32,000 bases of DNA from Opitutia bacterium KCR 482 (GCA_029269845.2 CP149973.1:1200001-1232000), one strand, 5' to 3'; counted from the stretch's first letter, positions 1 through 7,197 are shown. The notes: generated by a model from the sequence alone, not told the origin. Numbers and translations are program-made.

Positions 1-458
1 GAGAGACCTATTTCGAGCCCGAACCAGAGCGGAATTTCGATGCCGCCCACCTTGTAGCCGGCGGCTTTGATTGCCGCCCAAGCGTCGGGGTTGAGCGAAA
101 CGAATTTCCAGCAGTTGAGCGAAATCTTCACGTCGTCGGGAGCGTCGATGTCTCCGTCGGCGGCGTAGAGGTGCGAAAACAGCGAGCGCATATAAAATTT
201 GTTCTGCTTTGCTTCGGGCGAGAGCGACGCCCACTCCGCAACCGCGCGGGTCTGAAATTTGACGTACGGCGAGTTTTTGTTTTTCTGCCACGCCGCGCGG
301 ATGTCGGCGATGTTTTCGCGGACGTAGTTTTGGCGTGCCTCCTTGACGTTTTGGGACGAATCGAGAGCGCGGAACTCGGCGACAAGTTCGTCGGTTGATT
401 TTGCGTATGCCGAGACGGCGCACGCCGCGGCGATGGTTGCGATGATGTATTTTTTCAT
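1..458 (-). CDS. hypothetical secreted protein (start in window, 3' end runs off the left edge)
   Basis: ATG on the minus strand at 458-456. I read the frame codon by codon down to position 3 and found no stop. It is missing from the ORF track because it has no stop in the window. The N-terminus MKKYIIATIAAACAVSAYA looks like a Sec signal peptide. No family recognised. Confidence 0.6.
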   Translation of the reverse strand, partial: MKKYIIATIAAACAVSAYAKSTDELVAEFRALDSSQNVKEARQNYVRENIADIRAAWQKNKNSPYVKFQTRAVAEWASLSPEAKQNKFYMRSLFSHLYAADGDIDAPDDVKISLNCWKFVSLNPDAWAAIKAAGYKVGGIEIPLWFGLEIGL

Positions 459-483
459 TTTTGTTTTTTTGAGGTTCGAAATT

Positions 484-936
484 TTATTCGATGCCGAATT
501 CGTCGCGGAGCATTTGCAGTTTTTCGAACTTGTCGGCGCGGTCGAAGTCGATGCGGAAATAGCCCATATCGGTGGCGGGGCTTGCCGTGGCGATGTCTAT
601 GAAAACGCGCGGCTTTGTGTTTTGCAAAACCCACAGCCTCAGGTCGGCGAACCGCTCGGCGGAAAGCGCAAGCGCGGCGCGGCCGACCGCGTCTTTCGAA
701 AATTCCGCCGCGCGGGCGAGTTTTGCGGAGTCTTTAAAATTCCGCGACGAGCGTACCGCGGCAACGCCGTCTTTTGCGGAGTCCGCCTCTTTGGCAGCCG
801 ACACGGCGGCACGCGCGGACTTTGCCGACTGCGCGAATTCAAGCGTTGCGAGCATATCGCGGTAATCCCGCGAAAGGTCGGCGAACGCCGCGTTTGCGGC
901 GAGTGCCGCCAAAATCATAAAAGCGGTTTTTCTCAT
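484..936 (-). CDS. hypothetical secreted protein with degenerate DSAK-x3-AA repeats
   Basis: 150-aa ORF with ATG at 936-934. Signal-peptide-like N-terminus MRKTAFMILAALAANAAFA. Internal degenerate repeats (QSAKSARAA / DSAKDGVAA / DSAKLARAA). It starts 4 nt after the stop of the upstream gene, consistent with an operon. Confidence 0.6.
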   Translation of the reverse strand: MRKTAFMILAALAANAAFADLSRDYRDMLATLEFAQSAKSARAAVSAAKEADSAKDGVAAVRSSRNFKDSAKLARAAEFSKDAVGRAALALSAERFADLRLWVLQNTKPRVFIDIATASPATDMGYFRIDFDRADKFEKLQMLRDEFGIE

Positions 937-940
937 CGGT

Positions 941-1684
941 TTACTTTCGATAGTAGGTTATAATCGGGGCACGCCAGATGCGGCTGCTGTTTGCGCCGTC
1001 CATCTCGATTTCGTTCGAATTTTTGCGGCTTACCAAAATCGTGTTTTCGGGATTCAGGAAAATCTCGCGAATTGAAACGCCGTTGAGCGTTCCCGACAAG
1101 TCGGGGTAAAATTCGATTGTCGAAATCGAAACGGGTTTTGACGTATACCCGCCGTAAAACTGCCCCGTCGTGAATCCCTCGTACTTGAAAATCGAAATTC
1201 CGCTGCCGCCCGCCGAGCGTTTAAGCTCTTTTTTCGGCTTGGCGCAAATGCCCGTGGTCGGGTTCGGACCCGACGGGTAATAAAAAATTCGGCACTTGTC
1301 GTCCTCGATACCCAAGCCCTCGTGATAGCTTCTGTCGCGCCAGACCGTAGAAACGTGGTAGAGCAAAACGCCGGTTTTGCTCAAAACTTTCAATTCGCAT
1401 TCCCACCAATATACCGCCCGAGAATTTGACGAGTTCGTGCCCGTGCGGAACATATCCACGCGGATGCAGAGCACCTCGTTCGAAACGAGGTTGTTGTCGG
1501 CGGCGAACTGCGCGGCGTTCGGCAGTTTGCCGCTCGTCATCAGCTTGTTCGCCGAAATGAATTTGGAGTCGGGCGCGAGCTTCGACGTTTCCGAATCCAC
1601 GGGGAGCGGCGCGTAGCGCGCGCCGAATGCCGGCAGCGAAACCGCCGCGGCGGTTGCGAGTGTAAAGACGGTTTTTTTAAACAT
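941..1684 (-). CDS. hypothetical secreted protein
   Basis: The track ORF is 941..1711. The ATG at 1684-1682 gives MFKKTVFTLATAAAVSLPAFGA, a signal peptide. This start overlaps the stop (1677-1679) of the upstream gene by 8 nt. The amino-acid composition is varied and protein-like. No family recognised. Confidence 0.65.
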   Translation of the reverse strand: MFKKTVFTLATAAAVSLPAFGARYAPLPVDSETSKLAPDSKFISANKLMTSGKLPNAAQFAADNNLVSNEVLCIRVDMFRTGTNSSNSRAVYWWECELKVLSKTGVLLYHVSTVWRDRSYHEGLGIEDDKCRIFYYPSGPNPTTGICAKPKKELKRSAGGSGISIFKYEGFTTGQFYGGYTSKPVSISTIEFYPDLSGTLNGVSIREIFLNPENTILVSRKNSNEIEMDGANSSRIWRAPIITYYRK

Positions 1685-2618
1685 TTTCGACTCCGTTTTC
1701 GGACGGCGCAAGCATCAGCTGTCCGTCCACTCTTACAAGTTCAAGTTTGTGGTAAAGTCCGTCGCCGCCTTCCGTTTCGTCGAGCATATAAAGCCCGCGG
1801 TCCTCGCCGATGAATATGCGGTTGCCCGTAGCGACGAGCGCGGAATTGAGCTGCTTTATGATGCGCTCGTAAAGCGCGGTCGGGTTGGTCTGCTCGTTCA
1901 CGAGCGCAAGGATTTGGTCGCGGGCGTCGATTGCCTCCTGCCGTACGCGGCGGATTTCGTCGAGGGCTTCGACGAGCGACGCGCCCGAAACGCCATTGTC
2001 GAGAATGTAGATTCTGCCCGCGTAGAAAGTGATAGCGTCCTCGCCCAAGACGAGGTTGACGCAGAGCCAGCGGACGCCCGCAGTCAGCGCGGTGTCCTCG
2101 GGCGTGAGCAGGATTTCGGCGTGGCACGCCGCGCCGCCGTTCCACGAGTCTTTTGTCAGTTGCGCGTTGAGCGTACCGAAAGTCTTTTTGACGACAACGC
2201 CGCCCTCCGCGTCGGGGTACCAGTCGCCGCCCGTGTCCTTGATTACGAGTTCGAGCGACGGGCTTTCGCCCAAAAGGTCGGACGGTATTTCGCCGCCGCG
2301 GAACAGCCCGATTTGCAACTTTGCGGAGTTGCCCGCGTGGAGTTTCAAAAGGTCGTTTGTGATGGTGTTGATTGCGTCGGTTTCGTAGCTTTGGCAGTCG
2401 AGGGCGACTCGCAGGCGCTGGGCAATCGCGCCCGTTGCGCCCGAGGGTTCGTCGGCACTGTCGCCGGCGACGGCGACAGTGCCGAGCGAAACGTCGCCCA
2501 ACGGATTGTCGGCGTAGAAGCCGTCGAAATAGTATTTCCATTTGTTGGCGTCGTACGACAGCGAGCCGACCTGCCGGGTAAGCGACGCCACTTTAAACGT
2601 GTACACGGCGAAATCCAA
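1677..2618 (-). CDS. hypothetical protein resembling a phage fibre or structural protein (coiled-coil segment plus C-terminal beta-rich region)
   Basis: 313-aa ORF with realistic composition. The opposite-strand 407-aa ORF has the V/A/R/G-rich look of an antisense shadow. There is no ATG near the 5' end: the first codon is TTG (2618-2616), directly after an in-frame TGA, and alternative GTG starts lie at 2606-2604 and 2591-2589. No signal peptide. The phage-like label rests on composition and context only. Confidence 0.55.
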   Translation of the reverse strand: MDFAVYTFKVASLTRQVGSLSYDANKWKYYFDGFYADNPLGDVSLGTVAVAGDSADEPSGATGAIAQRLRVALDCQSYETDAINTITNDLLKLHAGNSAKLQIGLFRGGEIPSDLLGESPSLELVIKDTGGDWYPDAEGGVVVKKTFGTLNAQLTKDSWNGGAACHAEILLTPEDTALTAGVRWLCVNLVLGEDAITFYAGRIYILDNGVSGASLVEALDEIRRVRQEAIDARDQILALVNEQTNPTALYERIIKQLNSALVATGNRIFIGEDRGLYMLDETEGGDGLYHKLELVRVDGQLMLAPSENGVENV

Positions 2619-2745
2619 TCAGGCGATTTTCGACGAGCTCCGCCGCCTTTCCGACGGCGTCAACCGCGAGCTGCAAGACCTCAACAAGGCAATCGGGCGA
2701 ATCGAGGGCAAGATAGACGCCCCGCAAAAACAGGCTTTGAAATGA
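2599..2745 (+). CDS. small coiled-coil ORF, possibly a C-terminal gene fragment
   Basis: Strong G/C third-position bias in this frame across 2620-2742. The peptide is heptad-like (IFDELRRLSDGVNRELQDLNKAIGRIEGKID). Its TGA (2743-2745) overlaps the next ATG (2742-2744) as ATGA. Only GTG (2599) or TTG (2542) starts are available, and both lie inside the 5' end of the divergent gene. Confidence 0.3.
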   Translation: MYTAKSNQAIFDELRRLSDGVNRELQDLNKAIGRIEGKIDAPQKQALK

Positions 2746-3895
2746 ACCCCGAACAGGCGAAGGAAAACCAGCAGTGCAGAACCGACGTGCTCGAATACCT
2801 TGCGGCGCGTCCGCGCGTAACGACGCGGACGTTCAGAATGCCGCGCTCGATTCCGCAAAGGGTATGGACGCTACCACGCTTGAAATCCACACGCGCAGGC
2901 TCAAAGCCTTCAAGGGCGAGGGCGGGGGCAATGCCACGGGCGAAGCCGTGCAGGGAGACCTGTTCGGCGTAGACGATTCGGCGATGCGTGAAATGGTTGC
3001 GCTTTCGAAAGCGGCGGGCGAGCTTGTGAAGCAGAACAAGCAGAGGATACTGGCGGTAAAGGGTGTAATCAAACGCCCCGAAATTGCGCGCGAGATGGGC
3101 GTTGACATCAACAACCCCGACGCTGTGCGCGCCGCAGTTGCCGCGCTTGAATACGAGAACAGCAGGCTGATGAGTCCCACGCCCGAACCCGAAATTATGG
3201 ACAAGATACGCAAAAAAGCGGGCTTGTTCGATAAAGCGGAGAACAGCGAAAACATCGAACAGGGCGCGGGTGTTGAAACCTAAGAAGATACGGGCGGTTT
3301 GTTCGACGACGGCACGGCGGAGATGAGTTTCAGTCGGGCGATAAGGCGGAAAGAATGGAAGCCTACCGACGCGGAAATAAAGGAAGTCGAACGGCAGATA
3401 AAAGAGGTAAAAGCCAAGTGGACGAATCCCGACGGGAAGCGGAAGAAAGGCTATCTTTGTGCCCCGAATGGAAAAGAAAGCAGGCTTACGGGTTTGGACA
3501 AGTTTATTGTGCCCGAGTATTCGGCGAGCCGATATGTCCAGAAGTTTTACGAGGGCAAGACGGAATGGGCGCAGATTAAGGGTACGGTGAAGAAAGTAAG
3601 CGAGCACAAGCTTCCCGCGCGTACTTGGACGCCCGCGCAGATTCGGCGCGCGGAGTGGTACGAGGGCAGGCGCGACGGCGTGGCGATGTCGCGCGAGCGC
3701 GAGATAAATTTGGTTATCAAGTCGATTTCCGAAATCAACGCGGCGATAAGCGCGGCGAAAAATTCAACCGAGCTTACGCCCCGCCAAAAGCGCGCGGCGA
3801 TTCTCGACAACAAGAAGAAAATCGACAGTCTTGCCGAAAGCGCGTACAAGGAGCTGATTTATTCCGAGGAAAAATATAAAAAATGGAAAAATTGA
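2742..3895 (+). pseudogene. disrupted mobile-element gene (about 384 codons) with one frameshift and one in-frame TAA
   Basis: ATG at 2742 gives MNPEQAKENQQCRTDVLEY with high GC3. At about 2796-2810 the GC3 signal moves to the frame of the 2774..3283 ORF. That ORF and the 3299..3895 ORF share one frame and are separated only by TAA at 3281-3283 (..GAGVET*EDTGGLFDDGTAEMSF..). A G-LF-D/G motif occurs three times (GDLFGVDD, AGLFDKAE, GGLFDDGT). The string CAPNGKESRLT resembles the APNGKxSxL motif I recall from phage/ICE polyvalent proteins; this is from memory and unverified. Confidence 0.45.
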
Positions 3896-3980
3896 TTTTT
3901 TATGCTTGCGTTTTAAAGAAAAGTGTTTTTTGTTGTTTGCCGTCAAGCCCGATAGGGTTTGTTTGAATTAGAACGAATCT

Positions 3981-4016
3981 AAATGTGAATGCGCATACAT
4001 TGCAAAATGTAAATGC
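3981..4016 (+). repeat. direct repeat AAATGT(G/A)AATGC, two copies
   Basis: aaatgtgaatgc at 3981-3992 and aaatgtaaatgc at 4005-4016, matching at 11 of 12 positions with a 24-nt start-to-start spacing. Possibly a protein-binding site. Confidence 0.35.
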
Positions 4017-4067
4017 AAACACGCAACCGCAAGGTTGAAGGTCAGTCGCAAGACTGGGAATTAAAAG

Positions 4068-4104
4068 CGGGTAAGCTCGAAAGGGTTTGCCCGTCTTTTT
4101 TTTT
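4068..4104 (+). terminator. Rho-independent terminator directly upstream of the RBS of the 4117 gene
   Basis: 11-bp stem (3 G-U pairs) with a GAAA loop, then C plus T9 (4096-4104). It is followed immediately by GAAAGG (4105-4110) and the ATG at 4117. Confidence 0.6.
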
Positions 4105-4116
4105 GAAAGGTATGCT

Positions 4117-4650
4117 ATGAAAAATATGTTGAAAGATAGGTTGATTGTCGCCGTGTTGATTGCGTCGCTGGCGGCGTTTTTGTCGGTTTGCGTTAGCTCT
4201 TGGGTTAGCTACAACAAAGACAGGTATTATATTTCGTGTAGTAAAAGGGGGTATGAATGGGGCTACGATAAAAATACGGGCGATTATTGGGTGAGCGATA
4301 GCGAAAATACCGAACTCAACTGGTCTTCAATGGAAAATCCGTTGCGCGATAAGAGGATTCGCGCCTACAAGCGTCTTTCTTGGGAGATGAAAAAGAAGCA
4401 AGAGGTCTCGCGGAGCGGCACGGAGAAGAACGCTCAAAAAAATGAAAAAAGTGCGGGGTTGGAATATCCCGCCGAATTTAGAGCTGCGGTTCGCGAGGAC
4501 ATTATCAAAAGAATCAATAACGAAAACGGCTTCGCGGAATTGCTCGATTCGATTCAGAAGGAACTTGGCGACGACGATTTGTTAAGGCAATCCGCCTATG
4601 AGGGATATGCAAAAAAGCCTGAGTTCAAGAAGTATTTGGAGAAAAAGTAG
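4117..4650 (+). CDS. hypothetical membrane-anchored protein (island cargo)
   Basis: The track ORF starts at 4087. The ATG at 4117 follows a GAAAGG RBS. There is an N-terminal hydrophobic helix (LIVAVLIASLAAFLSVCVSSWV), and the rest is Lys/Glu-rich and soluble. G+C is visibly lower than in the core genes. No family recognised. Confidence 0.6.
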   Translation: MKNMLKDRLIVAVLIASLAAFLSVCVSSWVSYNKDRYYISCSKRGYEWGYDKNTGDYWVSDSENTELNWSSMENPLRDKRIRAYKRLSWEMKKKQEVSRSGTEKNAQKNEKSAGLEYPAEFRAAVREDIIKRINNENGFAELLDSIQKELGDDDLLRQSAYEGYAKKPEFKKYLEKK

Positions 4651-4658
4651 GCAAAGAA

Positions 4659-4689
4659 ATAGGCGGCGCGGGGTTGCCGCGTCGCCTAT
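4659..4689. terminator. GC-rich hairpin between convergent genes
   Basis: ataggcggcgcgg-ggttg-ccgcgtcgcctat forms a 13-bp stem with one G-U pair. It lies between the 4117..4650 (+) and 4745..5857 (-) genes. There is no strong U-tract on the + side, but an A-rich flank upstream would serve the minus strand. Confidence 0.45.
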
Positions 4690-4744
4690 GGAATCAAGCA
4701 TAAGGAAAAGCAAAATGAACTTGCTTGTCCGAAATGTATTTTTG

Positions 4745-5857
4745 CTACAACGGTTTTATTGCCGTTAGCAGGTTTGCGTAATATTTTGTGGTTGTATTTA
4801 CGCTATTGCCGATGAATTTTGATGCAAGAAAAATGTTTCCCGTGCGCTCGAGCATTTCGGAGCAAGCCATTTTTCGCATTTCGTGGAGCTTTTTTGTGCG
4901 GTCGGGAAGGTAGGCTTTGAGCCATTCGTTGGCGCGTTTGTAGGTTTGCGCGGCTTCGAAGTCGGTATTTTTGATTGCGGCGAGCCACTTGTCGAGGCGG
5001 TCGCGGTCGACGGGGATTTGGCGGTTTTTCGTTCCGCGCTTTGTGGTAAACGCGCCGTCTTCGGCTACGTTGATGTAGGTTGCGCCGCGTCGGCGGACTA
5101 TCCAAGAGGGGCGGAAATGCTTGATTTCGTTTAGCGTCATTCCCGCGAAGCGCGCCATCTGGTACATTGCGGCAACGTCGGGCGCGGGTATGCCCTGCCC
5201 GCGTTTGCCGTCGAGCGCGAGCGCGGAAAGGCGTTTTAATGTTGCGTCGGTCTCTTCGTCTATTGGCGAAAAGCCGAGCTTTTTGGTCGGCGTGAGTTCG
5301 GGCGTTTCGGCAAAGTCGATTGCGTTTTGCGGTATGGTGTAGCCCGCGCGGGCGTACGCTTCTAGCGCGCGGCGCGAGAACACGCTTTTTGCCTGTCGCC
5401 ACGTCGAATTTAAACTTGTGTTTTTGTCGGGGTTGGGAATGTTCCAGTTCAAGCCCGCTTTTTGATAGCAATAACGCCGCCACGTTTCGACGATTTGCGG
5501 CGTGAGTTCTGATAGCGTTATTGTTAGCGCGTCGAGCTTTGCCGCGCGGAGAATTAGCATAAGCGATTGCGCGTTTTTGTGCGCGGTTGCGGGCTTCAAG
5601 CTTGCGCCGCTGTTGTTTGCGGCGGCGAGCGTTTTGTAGACTGCCAAGATGTCGGCAAGCTTCGGATTTTTGCGGGCGGCGGCGCGTTCCGTGATTGCGT
5701 TTGCCGCCGCAGTCGCGGCGTTGCGTTTGCTGCTTGCCTCTATCGTCAGGCGCGTGCGTGCGCCGTCGATTGACGTGCGGGCGCGGTACTTTCCGCCCGT
5801 CTTTTTCAGGCGGGCGAAAAGCATTTGTTCGAGTGTTTGCTGGGTTTTCGTTTTCAT
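4745..5857 (-). CDS. tyrosine recombinase / phage-type integrase
   Basis: 370 aa with ATG at 5857-5855. The C-terminal catalytic region has TTKRGTKNRQIPV (beta-hairpin Lys), LHEMRKMA (HxxR) and TTTKYYANL (nucleophile Tyr). The expected TG(L/M)R box reads FAGMTLNEI and the GH box reads IGNS, so two conserved positions look atypical. Confidence 0.8.
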   Translation of the reverse strand: MKTKTQQTLEQMLFARLKKTGGKYRARTSIDGARTRLTIEASSKRNAATAAANAITERAAARKNPKLADILAVYKTLAAANNSGASLKPATAHKNAQSLMLILRAAKLDALTITLSELTPQIVETWRRYCYQKAGLNWNIPNPDKNTSLNSTWRQAKSVFSRRALEAYARAGYTIPQNAIDFAETPELTPTKKLGFSPIDEETDATLKRLSALALDGKRGQGIPAPDVAAMYQMARFAGMTLNEIKHFRPSWIVRRRGATYINVAEDGAFTTKRGTKNRQIPVDRDRLDKWLAAIKNTDFEAAQTYKRANEWLKAYLPDRTKKLHEMRKMACSEMLERTGNIFLASKFIGNSVNTTTKYYANLLTAIKPL

Positions 5858-6282
5858 TAGTATTCGGATTGAAGCAGAATTACGCCGCCGTGGATATAGA
5901 AGTTGAACGCGCCTGCGGGGAAGTCGGTATAGTCAAACTCCTGCGAAAAATCGGCTTGCCCGACGTTGTCGCGCGAGTCGATGGGCGTGCCGTCGTCGCG
6001 AAAGTCGAACGCTATTAAAAGCCTGCCTTTGTCGTTTTCGCTCTCCATTCTGACCGCCCACAAACTTGCCTTAAATTGCGGGTTGTCTATTGCGGCCGCG
6101 TGGATTGTGTCGAGCAGCCAGTACGCGCCCGCAAGTTCCGCCATTGCGCGGATTCCGTCGGTGTAGCGCAAGCCGCGCGCGCCGAATGTCGGGCTTGTGT
6201 AGTAGTGTTCCGTTCCGATGTAGCCGCTTAAAGCGGCTTCGAGTTCGGCGGCGGTGGTGGGTTCGGGTTTGGTTGTCTTCAT
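5857..6282 (-). CDS. small conserved mobile-element protein, DUF6876-like (family name from memory)
   Basis: 141 aa. The motifs GTEHYY, YTDGIRAMAELAGAYWLLD and C-terminal YTDFP....LLQSEY match my recollection of a plasmid/ICE/phage-associated family of unknown function. Its stop overlaps the integrase start as TAATG (5859-5855). Confidence 0.6.
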   Translation of the reverse strand: MKTTKPEPTTAAELEAALSGYIGTEHYYTSPTFGARGLRYTDGIRAMAELAGAYWLLDTIHAAAIDNPQFKASLWAVRMESENDKGRLLIAFDFRDDGTPIDSRDNVGQADFSQEFDYTDFPAGAFNFYIHGGVILLQSEY

Positions 6283-6303
6283 TGTGTTTCCTTTCTGTTG
6301 ATG

Positions 6304-7197
6304 TTATTTTTGAAGGTGTTTGATTCGTTCGACGTTTTCGGCGAATTGCTTTTTGATTGTTTCGAATGCGCGTTCGGGCGTGCCGTAGAGGTCTTTCATA
6401 TGTTCGATGTTAAGCTTCCTTACCTGCGCTTTTGTGCGCCCGCCGTGAATAAAATCTTGGTATCCGTCGGGGAAATTGATTTGCCTTAGATGGTCGGGCG
6501 TGCCCGAAGGGGAAATTACTTCCGACGCGGCGGATTTGGCGCGTTGCCAATAATTAAATTGGCTTTCCATCATCATAAAAATGTATGTGCGGAAGAATGT
6601 CGGGGACATCATAAACGCGAATTTTCCGAGGTTTAGCGCGTCCAGATTAACGGGGAAAAGCGTTTGCGCGCTTGCGCCGCTTTTGTGGATTTGGCGGAAA
6701 GCGATTGCCGCCGAAACGCCCGCGCCGGCCGACTTTATCTGCTTTGCAAGCGCGACGATTGCGGCTGCCCTGTTTGCTATGCAATGCGCGGGAGTCCACC
6801 ACGCGAAGGAATTGAAAATTGCAAGTTTGCAATGCGGCTTTGTCTGTACGGTCGGTTTGTAGTAGCATTCGGGAACGCCCTGCAAGTATTCGTCGCAAGC
6901 GTCCCAAAGAGTTAATACACGCCTTAATTTGTGGTTCTTTGCCCAAAATTCCCACATATCGCGGAAACTTACGTTCCCTCTGATAGACTCAATGTAGGAG
7001 ATGTCCGAAATGGTATTTTCGTCAATTCCCAAAAGCGCCTCAAAAGAGCGTTTATCCAAATGTCCGTTAAGCCTTAGAAAATCGTCCCTTGCTTCTTCCG
7101 TTTCAAAGAACCTTGAATGCCTTACGCCTCGCTCAATCCAAAACAGTTGATAGGGCGATTTTCTGCCTTCGCAATATCTCTTCGTAATCTTCGCCAT
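6304..7197 (-). CDS. integrase-N-terminal-like DNA-binding protein with a divergent C-terminal region
   Basis: The track ORF starts at TTG 7236, and the ATG at 7197 gives MAKITKRYCEGRKSPYQLFWIERGVRHSRFFETEEARDDF. This resembles the arm-type DNA-binding domain of phage integrases, and a SAM-like core-binding stretch follows (SFRDMWEFWAKNHKLRRVLTLWDACDEYL). The only catalytic-like strings are weak (IHGGRT, MKDLYG). It is the first gene of the 7197->4745 operon. Confidence 0.5.
   Translation of the reverse strand: MAKITKRYCEGRKSPYQLFWIERGVRHSRFFETEEARDDFLRLNGHLDKRSFEALLGIDENTISDISYIESIRGNVSFRDMWEFWAKNHKLRRVLTLWDACDEYLQGVPECYYKPTVQTKPHCKLAIFNSFAWWTPAHCIANRAAAIVALAKQIKSAGAGVSAAIAFRQIHKSGASAQTLFPVNLDALNLGKFAFMMSPTFFRTYIFMMMESQFNYWQRAKSAASEVISPSGTPDHLRQINFPDGYQDFIHGGRTKAQVRKLNIEHMKDLYGTPERAFETIKKQFAENVERIKHLQK

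Larger units (their letters stand above)
3944..4104 (+). ncRNA. structured RNA region (candidate cis-regulatory leader or small RNA) ending in an intrinsic terminator
   Basis: Hairpins in series:
- caagccc-gata-gggtttg (3944-3961);
- aatgt..acatt around the palindrome atgcgcat (3982-4001);
- caacc-GCAA-ggttg (4024-4037);
- cagtc-GCAA-gactg (4043-4056);
- cgggtaagctc-GAAA-gggtttgcccg (4068-4093), followed by T9.
Three of the loops are GNRA tetraloops. No ORF is present. Confidence 0.4.

Noticed and set aside
2619-2858. 79-aa minus-strand ORF in the same frame as, and directly upstream of, the 313-aa gene. I considered it as an N-terminal extension interrupted by a stop.
   Set aside because: The sequence is Arg/Ser-rich nonsense with low third-position G/C bias in that frame. 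The opposite strand carries the coding signal here.
1741-2972. Long ORFs overlapping the 313-aa minus-strand gene: 1741..2541 (-) at 266 aa and 1749..2972 (+) at 407 aa.
   Set aside because: Their composition is extreme Arg/Pro/Gly or Val/Ala/Arg/Asp, which is typical of off-frame and antisense reading of GC-rich coding DNA. The 1677..2618 frame has a balanced, protein-like composition. Only the last roughly 60 nt of the + ORF (from ATG 2742) appears to be used.
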